From positions 1 to 64,000 of the forward strand of contig CAUYUJ010000097.1 of the NCBI GenBank assembly GCA_963575745.1: 64,000 bases of DNA, in the 5' to 3' direction. A program made the translations under genes and the position numbers. The notes beneath the pieces are model-generated. The model worked only from the letters and a program-made list of their open reading frames with translations. It did no database searches and had not been told where the DNA came from. Of the stretch, positions 49,445 to 60,100 are shown in pieces; position 1 is the first letter of the stretch; every line of letters starts with the position of its first letter. This DNA is from Prorocentrum cordatum (Eukaryota).

Positions 49445-50429
49445 GCGTTTAGGAGGCGCCTCGGTGAACGAACGCCCGGCCTGGTCCGCCCGCTGCGCTT
49501 CTCGTGCCGCCCCCGGGGCGAGCCGAGCCGAGCGGGCGCTCCCGTGCACGGAGCGGCCCTGGAGGGGTGCCGGTCCCTCCGGGGGGGGAGCCGAGCGCCT
49601 TCAGGACTCGCAGAGTGCCTGCTCGCAGATGCCAGAGGAACACATGTCTGCATCGATGCAGCGTGTGGTGAATCCCCCGTGGCGGAAGCCCTTCGCGAGC
49701 AGTGGAACGTGCTCGCCTATTCCCATCGCGCTGATTTTCGCTATCCACCAATAGGTGTCACTGCGGAGGTGGAGGGGGGGGGAGGAGGAGGGGGCGGGAG
49801 GCCATCTAGGGTTCTTGTAGCCGTAGGGGGAGTCTCTTCCGCATGGGTCCCCCCAGAGGCCGTATTGGGCCAGCCCAATGACCTCCAGGGGGGCGTCCGT
49901 GCTTGTACAGTCGGCCCTTTTGGGTCATCTTGGGGCCGCCTTGGGCCCTCTCTTGGGTCGTTCTGAGGCCATCCTGGAGGCCAATTTCGCGGTCTTGGTG
50001 GCCTACCTGGCAAGTTTTGGAAGCAATGTTGAGCATCCTTGACGCCTTGCGAGGCGCCAGGTGGGCATCTGGCAGCCCAGGGAGCCTCGGGAGAGGGGAC
50101 GGTGCATGCAGATATCTGCGTGCGTCCAGGGGGCGGGGGTCCTTCATCAGAAGGCACAAACCCTGCCAGATAGCACTTTGCATTCTACCACGCCTCAATG
50201 CACCATGAGGCAGAATGGAGGATGCACACTTATCTAAGATTGAAGACGCCTGCGGCGAATCACCGCCGCCGCCTGCCTTTTGGAATCGCCCATGTGGCCG
50301 ATCGTTGCCAAGCTATTGGGCCATGTGTTCCCCCAGCCGTTGTAGAAATCCTTCCGGGAACACCTGCGGGAGGATGGCGGGGAAGATCAGGAGGAGGAGG
50401 AGGAGGAGGAGAAGGAGGAGGAGGAGGGG

Positions 50430-52780
50430 GCATATTGGGAGCCTCTAGGGGCACTCTTGGGGCCTCCTTAGAGCTTCCTAGGAGCCTTTTGGAAGCATCT
50501 TGGGGCCTCCTCGGGCCTCTTGGGGGCCTTTGGGGGCGTCTCGGGGGCTCTATTGGCCGTCTTTGGGCATTCCTGGCCCGCCTGACGCCGTCGGAAGCCG
50601 TCTTGGGGGCCTCTCTGGGCCGATTTCGGGCCCTCTTGGGGTGCTCCAGGGCCGTCCTGGAGACCATCTTGTCATTTTCGATGCCTCTTGGGTCGTCTTG
50701 GGGACCTCTTGGGGCAGTCTGCGGGGCCTCTTGGGCCGTTCTGGGCCTTCTTGGAAGGCCTCGTGGGCGATCTTGGGGCGACCTTTGGGGCTCTTGGGCC
50801 GTCTCGGGCCGTCGGAAGATCGAAAAGAAGTAAAAGCCAAACTCCTTCAAACACCTACCGAAACTCTGTGATTTGGGTTTCTTCGGGGCCTTCCTGGAGG
50901 CCCTCTTGGGGGTCTCTGGGGCTGTTTTGGGGGCCTCTTGGGGGCCTCTTGGGCCTCCTTGGGCCATCCTCGGGCCATCTTGGGCCGTCTTGATGGTCTT
51001 CTGGCCAGTCTGGCGCCGTCGGAAGCCGTCTTGAGGGCCTCTCTGGGCCGACTTGGGGCCCTCTTGGGGTGCTCCAGGGCCGTCTTGGAGGCCACCTTGG
51101 GCGTCTTGGTGGCCTCGTGGGCCGTCTTGGGGCCCTCTTTGAACCGTCTGAACAGAGGCAAATGCTTAACTCCTTCAAAAACCGACGGAAAGTCTATGAT
51201 TTTGGTAGCCTCTTTGAGCCTTCCTGGACGACCTCTTGGAGGCTTCTTGGGCCGACCAGGAGATTTCTTGCGGGCCTCTTCTCTTGGACCATCTTGAACT
51301 ATTTTGGGCCGTCTTGGTAGCTTCCTGGCCCGTCTGACACCCTGGGAAGCCGTCTTGAGGGCCTCTCTGGGCCGACTTGGGGCCCTCTTGGGGTCCATCT
51401 TTGGCGTTTTGGGGGCCTCGTGGGCCGTCGTGAGATCCTCTTGGGGCAGTCTTGGGGCCCATTGGAACAGTCTTGAGGCGAACTTTGGGGGCTCTTGGGC
51501 CGTTTCGGGCCGTCGGAGGACCGAAGAGAAGCAAACGCAAAGAGTCTTCCTGGAGGACCTCTTGGAGGCCTCTTGGGCCGTCTTGGAGGCTATCTGGGGT
51601 CCTCTAGGGCCGTCTTGGCCCACTTTGCTGCTATCTTAGGCCGTCTTGGAGGCATCTTGGGCCGTCTTGGAGGCATCTTGAAGCCATCTTAGCCGTCTTG
51701 GAGGCCATCTTGGAGGCCATCTTGGGCCATCTTGGCGGTCTTGAAAGCCATCTTGAGCCGCCTTGGGAACTTTTTGAGAATTGCGAGCCTCTCCGGTGAC
51801 CGGCGGGACGAACCGAAGCCCCAGGGAGAGTTCCTTGGGAAATAGAGCCAAAACCAAGAGCGATAGGATTTAGCACGCGGGGTACTCCTGTGGTAAGCCA
51901 TCAGGGGCCGGCGGATCGAAGACGCCTACGGCGAACCACCGCCGCCCCCTGCCTTTTTGGAAGCGCCTATGTGGCCGAACGTCGAGGCCAGACCTGCCAA
52001 GCCATCGGACCATGTGTTCCCCGAATCGGTTTGGAAAGCCTTCGGGGAACACGTGGGCATCTTGAAGGTCATCTTGGCCGTCTTGGAGGCCTCTTGGGCG
52101 ATCTTTCGGCGATCTTTGGGGGCTCTTGGGCCGTCTCGGGCCGTCGGAAGGCCGAAAAGAAGGAAATGTCACAATCCGTCAAAAATCTTTGGAAAATCAA
52201 TGTTTTTGGCATTTTCTGGCCCTCCTGGAGGCCCTCTTGGGGGCCTCTTGGGCCGTCTTGGGCCAGCTTCGAGCCAACTTCGGCCATCTTGGTGGGTTCC
52301 TGGCACGTCTGACGCCGTCGGGAGCCGTCTTGGGGGCCTTTCTGGGCCAACGGGGGACCCTCTTGGGGCGCTTCGGGGCCGTCTTGGAGGCCATCTTGGG
52401 CGTCTTGGAGGCCATCTTGGGCGTGTTGGAGGCCTCTTGGGCCGTCTTGGGGCCCTCTTGGGGCCATCTTGGAGGCAACTTGGGCCGTCATGGGGCCCTC
52501 TTGGGGGCCTCTTGGGCGATCTTGGGGTGGGGGCCCCTTGGGCCGTTTTGAGCCGTCGGAATGCCGAGAAGAAGCAAATTCCAAAATCCTTCAAACACCC
52601 ATGGGAAAATCTATGATTTTGGCCTCTTCGGGCCCTCCTGGAGGACCTCTTGGAGGCCTCTTGGGCCGTCTGGGAGGCCTCTGGGGGGCCTCTTGGGCCG
52701 TCTTGGGCCGTCTTGGACTTTCTTGGGCCGTCTTGGAGGCCGTCTTGGACCGACTTGGAGGCCATCTTGGGCCATCTTTG
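50430..52780. repeat. Degenerate GGGCCGTCTTG satellite-filled repeats (at least two adjacent elements)
   Basis: Dense GGCCGTCTTGG/GGCCTCTTGG motifs. Source of the PGGPLG/KTAQE pseudo-ORFs. Confidence 0.85.
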
Positions 52781-53124
52781 CGATTTGTTGAGGATGTCCC
52801 GAGCGAAACGGCCGTTTCAGGGAGGATTGTTTCCGGAGTTTGTGCACGTGGAACGGCCTCCCGGGGCTCGGCTGGACGGGCCGAAACCCGTTGGGAGAGT
52901 TCTTGTGGAAAAAGAACAAAACCAAAACCGAGACGCGCGAACACGAAACCGAAACCGATTTCCCGGTAGCGGGGCTCTCCGTTCCACTTCGATCTCACCC
53001 CTTCACCTCCGACACACACACATATATATATATATATACATACATACATACATATTATGTATGTGTATCTATACGACCACCATTCGGGTGATAAGGAGGT
53101 TCGAGAGGGGGGAAGAACCAACGT

Positions 53125-54175
53125 CTCACTCGATCGGTCTCACTATCGATCTCACTATCGATCTCACTATCGGTTTCGCTCGATCGATCTCACCCGATCG
53201 ATCTCACAATCGGTCTCACTCGATCTATTTCATTCGATCGATCTCACAATCGATCTGACTGTCGATCTCACAATCGATCTCACTATCGATCTCACGATCG
53301 ATCTCACAATCGATCTCACATTTGGTCTAACAATCGATCTGAGTATCGATATCACAACCGATCTCACAATCAACGCCATCATCATCTTCAACACCATCGT
53401 CACCAACGCCATTTACATCATCATCATCATCATCATCATCATGAGGTCATCATCATCATCAACATCGTCAACATCATGATCAAAATCAGCATCACCATCA
53501 TCATCGGGACACCATCATCGTAACTATCATCATCATCAACATCATAATCATCGGGACACCATCATCACCACCACCTCATCATCATCCTCATCATCACCAT
53601 CATATCAGCATCATCATGAACAACATCATCAACATCATCATCACCATCGGGACACCATCATCAGCAACATCAGCATCATCATCAACATCATCATCGTCGG
53701 GACACCATCATCATCGTCACTATCATCATCACCACCATCATCATCGGGACACCATCATCATCCACATCAGAAGCATCAGCATCACCATCATCGGGCCACC
53801 ATCATCATCACATCATCATCATCATCCTCGGTTTCAACATCATCATCGTCATCTGGATACCATCATCGTCATCACCATCATCAACATCATCATCATCATC
53901 GGAACACCATCATCATCACCACCATCATCATCAATTGCATCATCATCATCAACCTCATCATCATCATCGGGACACCATCATCATCATCATTATCATTATC
54001 ATCCCATCATCAACAACATCATCATCATCACCATCATCGGGACACCATCATCATCATCAGCAACATAATCATTATCAACATCACTATCACCACCATCATC
54101 ATCATCATCAACATCGTCAACATCATCATCATCATCGGGGCACCATCACATCATCATCACCATCATCATCATCAA

Positions 54176-54218
<43 letters not shown>

Positions 54219-54300
54219 GGGGCGCCATCATCATCACCACCATCATCATCATCATCAACATCATCATCCTCCTCCTCCTCCTCATCATCATCATCGGGAC
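53125..54300. repeat. (ATCGATCTCACW)n 12-mer satellite followed by degenerate (CAT)n with interspersed CGGGACACC
   Basis: Direct reading. Confidence 0.92.
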
Positions 54301-54791
54301 ACCGACGGGACACTGGCGGGACACCGGCGGGACACCGCGCGGCAACGGACGCCGGAAGGGAGTCATTTGGTCTGGACGCGCCTCAGCCTGAGGCGGGACA
54401 CCGGCGGGACACCGCGCGGCAACGGTTGCCGGAAGGGAGTAATTTGGTCCGGCCGCGCCTCAGCCGGAGGAGACTTTCTTCTCGCCCGCCCACGCAGCTT
54501 CGCCTCGCCCGCACGCGCGGCACGCACGAACGCGACACTGAAACCGATTTCCCGGTAGGGGGGCTCTCCGTTCCACTTCGATCTCACCCCCTCACCTCCG
54601 ATACATACCTGTTTGCCCACCTGCCGATTTACCTACATACATACATATATGAATGCATACATACACACATTATATCTAGACATGTGTATATATGTAGAGA
54701 GCGAGAGAGAGAGAGAGGGAGAGAAAGAGAGAGAGAGAGAAGAGCGTTTGGAGTGGTGGCGGGTGAGAGGGGCATCCATGCCGCCCGAGAG

Positions 54792-54895
54792 GACGTGCTC
54801 CCCAGCATCGTCCACGCGTATGTGACGAGGTTGTCGCTCGGCCCGCCCGCCCTGGTCCGCACCGTAGAGTTCAGCCTGCCCCGCGTCGTGGCCAG
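54792..54895 (+). CDS. HPR-like protein, exon H
   Basis: GAG|GAC...GCCAG|GC. Encodes DVLPSIVHAYVTRLSLGPPALVRTVEFSLPRVVA(R) and continues the repeat register from exon G. Confidence 0.7.
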
Positions 54896-54897
54896 GC

Positions 54898-55033
54898 TCA
54901 GCGGCGAGCCTGCAGGGGGAAGTGAGAAGGCGGAGGCCCTTTCAGAAGGCAGCGGGAATTCCCAGAAGGCCCCCCCGAGCTTTGTGAGAAGGCCCGCCCC
55001 TTCTCACTTCCCCCCCCCTGGGCTCGCCGCTGA
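54898..55033. mobile_element. Introner element forming the 141-bp GC-AG intron 54896-55036
   Basis: TIR TCAGCGGCGAGCC...GGGGGAAGTGAGAAGG / CCTTCTCACTTCCCCC...GGCTCGCCGCTGA. The TSD CAGGC (54893-54897, 55034-55038) supplies both splice sites. Confidence 0.85.
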
Positions 55034-55036
55034 CAG

Positions 55037-55076
55037 GCTTCACAAGAACGACGTGGTGCTCACCGTCCCCGCGCTG
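55037..55076 (+). CDS. HPR-like protein, exon I (the gene probably continues downstream)
   Basis: CAG|G...GCGCTG|GT. Encodes LHKNDVVLTVPAL. Confidence 0.6.
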
Positions 55077-55929
55077 GTGCCCGCAGAGGAAGCAACTGCC
55101 CAAACACACACTTTCGGAGCTGGGCGCTCTCCTCCGACGCCAGGAAGAGTCAGAGGGGGAAAGGGTACCGATACTGCGACCATGAGCTTGTTCTCGCCTG
55201 TTTGGGCTTCCTGGGAGGCCCTCATCGCCAGGACTGGATTTGCCTCGGACTTCTGGTCAGAGCGCACCCTGGGAGAGGTCCAGGGAGTGGCGGTATCACT
55301 ATTTTTTGGCTTCCGGAAAAGTGCCCGGTATCGAAGGACAGCAGTTTGCATGAACATGCACTTTCGGAGGTCCGTGAGGATTTTTTGGACAGACGATGGA
55401 CTCCCCTGGCGGCGCCCGAGCTTTCTGAGAAGGCTTGAACTGAGAGGGGACGGTCGTTTGGAGGAGTTGGAATCAGGAATTCGGAATTTTTGTTTGAGAC
55501 GGTCGGCGCAAAGTTGACGTTGTTGCAATCGGGATGCAACTCGTTTGTGGAAAACATTTCAGTTTTCAGCACAGGCACCACACCCCTTGATTGCAGTCGG
55601 ACCGAGGTACAAGATCGAGGTCGGTTCGGGGAGGGTACCCTAATGTTCTTGCTTGTTGGATGCTCTTGTGCGTCCTGGGGGAGGGTACCCTCAAATGTTC
55701 TTCAGTCTGGCCGCGCGGAGGATCTCATGTTCTTGAAGGAAATCATTATGTCCTAGGTCCAGCTGTACAGCCGACCCGCATAGTAAGGATGGGCAACCTT
55801 CCCAAGGGTACCCTTGCATCCTTGCCTCCTCGCTCCATCCTTCGCTCCTCGGTCCATCCGCGGCCACCTTCGTTGACCGCGCCCCGCGTGGAGAGCTCCG
55901 CCATGCCTTGGATTTCTCGCTTGTGTCAC

Positions 55930-56190
55930 TAAGATATCACATCTGAAGAGTTCAAGAAAAATAAAAAATAAAAAAAATAAAATGATCAAGTATTATAATC
56001 TATTATTATATATTATACTATAGTATGTTTATTATATTATAGTATGCGATATTATATAATCATATGTTTTATTTAATAATATTATGTTATATTATATGGT
56101 AATATATTCATTTATATAATGCCATAATAGATTGCAGTTTATTGTATGCTTTACATTACACTATAATATATCATAGTATATTATAGTGCG
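55930..56190. repeat. Extremely AT-rich (TATTA-like) low-complexity island
   Basis: Direct reading. Sharp contrast with the GC-rich flanks. Confidence 0.85.
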
Positions 56191-56363
56191 TGCGATCAGG
56201 TTAGAACGTTGCATCGTATTATCCTTTTCTCCTCGTCCTTCCTCTCCCTACTCGCTGGATTATGTCGCCAGCTCCGCCGCCCGTGGCCCTGGGACCGTGG
56301 GGGAACGAGTTAAAGGGGTTGAGGGTTCGGCCTCGAGTGGGGCTGCTGGGGGGGCTTGTGGGC

Positions 56364-56403
<40 letters not shown>

Positions 56404-56625
56404 GTTCACTCGAATTTCGGTTTTCGTTGTGACGTTGCGAGATTTGGCGGGTGTTGTTTGTCCAGGGGTTCCGTTGTAGGGGGGGGGGTCCTTGGTTTCC
56501 AGTAAATGGTAAATGGGAAGAACCGCCCCCCTACAACGTTGTCGCCGTCGTCGCCGCCGCCGCCGCCGTCGCCGTCGCCGTCGTCGTCGTCGTCGCCGTC
56601 GCCGTCGTCGTTGTCGTCGTCGCCG

Positions 56626-56686
<61 letters not shown>

Positions 56687-57095
56687 TCGGGGGCGGGGCG
56701 CCAGCGCCTCTGGGTGCGCGCCTCGGAGGGGGGACTCCAGGCTGCTGCCGCCCGAGTGGCGGAGCGCGGCGACAGTGCGGCAGAGGCGACGTCTTGGGAG
56801 CCGTCTTGGTGCAGCGTCTTGGGGGCCGTCTTGGCGAGCGTCTTGTGGGCCGTCTTGGTGCAGCGTCTTGGGGGGGGGCGTCTTGGTGAGCGTCTTGGCG
56901 AGCGTCTTGGGGGCCGTTTCGGTGCGCCCCGTAGCGTCTTGGGGGCCGTTTTGGTGAGCGTCTTGGGGGCCGTCTTGGTGAGCGTCTCGGAGGCGACGGT
57001 CTTGGGGGCCGTCTTGGTGGGAGTCTTGGGGGCCGTCTTGGCGAGGTGTCTCGGGGGCCGTCTTGGTGAGCGTTTGGGGGGCAGTCTCAGTGTGT

Positions 57096-57117
57096 TCCGT
57101 AGCCATTTTGGCGCATT
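57096..57117 (+). other. Relict dinoflagellate spliced leader (DinoSL)
   Basis: TCCGTAGCCATTTTGGCgCAtt: the first 17 nt are identical and 19/22 match DCCGTAGCCATTTTGGCTCAAG. Ends 56 bp before the ATG at 57174. Confidence 0.88.
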
Positions 57118-57173
57118 TTTCGCCTCGGCAGATCCCCATCCATCGGTCCATCGGCACCTGAGGGGGATGGGCG

Positions 57174-60100
57174 ATGGACGAGTCGGAGATCGACGCCGGC
57201 ATGGCCGCGCTCAACGTGGCGCTGGGGCGCCCCGCGCGCGGCCGCCCGTCGGCGGTCTTCATCGGCCAGGCCCACCGGGGGGATGGACACATGCATTGGT
57301 TGCGGGAGGTGAGGGCCCGCCGCGAGTCTGAGTGCGGGCGTGCTCGTGATCGGGACGCCCTTCGGCCCCTCGAGCAGGCTTGGAATCGAGAGCATTTGCG
57401 ATTCGGTGACCAGATTGGCGACCCCGACGAGGCAGAGGCGGGCAGCCACCCCAACAAATGGTCCCCCCACCAGGTCGTGCGGAGCGCCTTCTTGCAGGTG
57501 GGCAAGAGCAAGCTCTTGCGTGGGGGGACTGCTGGGCACACGCGCGCCCTTGGGACGCTGGCGGCGGTGTCCAGCGCGTTGGCCGAGCGACAGCGGGAGT
57601 GGACAACTTCTGGACGCTTCGCGTATCCCCACCAGCCCATCCAGTAACGATGTCCAGGCGAGTTGGGGGGGTCAGGGAAGTGCGGGAGCAAAGAGGCGGA
57701 TCGCCGAACCGTGCGAAAGAGGGAGGAGGAGATGGAGGAGGTTGGATGGATGGATGAGGGAATGGGGAGGATAAGGAAGATGAGTAGGGAGTAGGAAGAG
57801 GAGGAGGAGGAGGAGGAGGAGGAGGAGGAGGAGGATGAGGATGAGGATGAGGAGGAGGAGGAGGAGGAGGAGGAGGAGGAGAAGGAGGAGGAGGGGGCTG
57901 AGGAAGAGATGGGGTAGGAGGAGGAACGAGGAGCAGGAGGAGGAGGGCGAGCGAAGGCACCAGAGGTCTCTTGCATGCCTATCGAGGCCTCTTGGGATAT
58001 CTCTTTGGCGCTTCTTGGAGGCCTCGTGGGACGTCCTGGGGGGCCCTGGCGGTCCAGGGGGGCTCTCGGGTGTCTTCGGTGCCTCGCGGGGGCCGCTTGG
58101 GGTCCTCTTGGGGGCTAAATTGGGGCCATCTTGAACCATATCTGGGCTATCTTGAACCGTATTGGATGCCACCTGGGGCTCTCCGAGGCTTCCTTGGGGC
58201 CGCCGTGGACGCCCCGACGCCTCGTGGGGCGCCCCGTCCAAGTCCAGGGGAGGGTTTAGGGGGGAGCTCTCGACCACCTACGCCCGCGGGGCTGTTAGGA
58301 TTGCAAGCTGCGCGCCGTCCAGGATGCACGGGCGCCGCTGGTGGTGACCAAGTATTACGATACGTCGCCGTGGCGCATGGCACTCGGATCCTTGCAGCAC
58401 AGGTTGTTCCCGCATGCCAGGTACATCATCAAGATTGGCGAGGCGGAGTGGAAGACGGTTGGCCTCACGGAGCTGATGGCGCGATTCCCTCGCTGCGGGG
58501 CTCTGAGGTTCGGCATTTTGGAAGTCATGGTCAACGTCACGACGTGCCAGTACGTGAACGCGGACGGTGAGTTCGTCGGGTTCAAGCACGTAGCGAGGCC
58601 CACGATCTTGCAGCGCGCCAACGCCAGTTGCATATGCGCGGCCTTGCAGAAGGAGGTGCCCATGTTGGGCCAGGACATTGGCTCCCTGAACGTCCCGTTC
58701 GGCATCCTGCTCGAAGGTGTTGCGGGATGCGGAGCGGGCGAGGGGATCCTTCTCCTCCTCATTCCTCCTCCTCCTCCTCCTCCCCCCCTCCTCCTCCTCC
58801 CCCATCCCCCCCCCCGGAGGGGGGGGGGGCGGCGGGGACTTCGCGGAGCGGGGGGGGTCAGGAGGGCAGGGGGACGGGGAAGGTGGAGTGTCATCGTGGG
58901 TCGTCGCCGTCGTCGTCGTCACAGGTCCAGACTCCGCCTCTTCGATGAAGCGCTGCTTCGCGAAGACAGCCGCCGGGGTGCCGAGGAACTGGCTGGCCAT
59001 CGGCACTGGCCAGGGGGGCACGGGATGCGGCGCCCACCAGTGCCATAGAGTCATCGAGCACAGGCAGCGCGATGTGATCGGCAACCTGCACGCGACGCAC
59101 CTGACGTGCTCCACCATGGCCCACCAGGTCAAGATGCAGGCCGCGCTGCGGCAGCTCCTCGGGGACCTCGACTTCCAGATCGGCCAGCCCGACCCGGCAT
59201 GGACATGTCACAACAAGCGGGTGATGGCGCGGACGCTCCTCAGACGGCAAGAGTTTATTGACATTGATCCTGGTGTCGACGTGCCCTTCATGGATCGCGA
59301 GGAGTTCCGCGACGCGCCCGAGAGTGAGTTTCTGAACATGTGGAACGGGTGCTGGACGGCAGGTAGGATCCAACATTGGTGTTCGGGGCCTAGGTGTTGC
59401 GAGAACGTGGAGGAGTGCAGGAAGCAGATGTACGCGACCGCCATCAGCGTGGATCTGCTGCAGGGGTCCGACACCCGCACGCCCTCCCTCGACGATTTTG
59501 GTAGTTGCGGAGCCGCCTGCGCCAAGACTAACGCCGGCATCATGATCCACGGTGTGTTGCCAAGAGTGCTGGATATAGCTCTGCCGAACTGGGGGGCGAT
59601 GCTGCCGCCCAACGACAGGACCCGCCAGAACATGACCGAGAGGCTGCGTATTAAGATTCGCAAGAAGGCATGGCGGACGAAGTGTTTCATGAGTGACCGA
59701 CGCAAGGTGATGCAGTCATTGCTTTATTGTTGGATTGCCATTTACGTGGAGCGCCTGCAGAGCGAGCTGACGTGGAGGGACCAGCAGGGCAAGGGGCTCT
59801 GGGACGTCGTGGTGCAAGACGAGCTCAACCCATTTGTCCGGTGCAAGAAGTCTTTGGGCAATATCATCTCGCTCGGCATGGCAGGCCCCCTAGGCGCCCT
59901 CTTCGAGCACGTCGCGCCGGAGCTGCACGTCGAGCTCCACCAGCGTGCTCGCGAGTTGGTCGTCGACTTCGGGGCTCAGCTGGAGTGGCGCTTTCTCGCG
60001 TACAAGTGCTACCCCATGAGGCTCGGGTTGCTCACCCATCCAGGGATCGCCGATGCAGACCGCAAGAGGTGCGCAGCGGAAATCTTCAAGTTGCCCCCCT

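Noticed and set aside
44351..52969. PGGPLG/KTAQEA repetitive ORFs resembling collagen or mucin
   Set aside because: Translations of the GGGCCGTCTTG satellite.
58717..58924. N-terminus of the 1083-aa ORF as listed in the track
   Set aside because: Low-complexity sequence bounded by GT...AG. Removing it joins the upstream YYDTSP exon in frame, so it is an intron.
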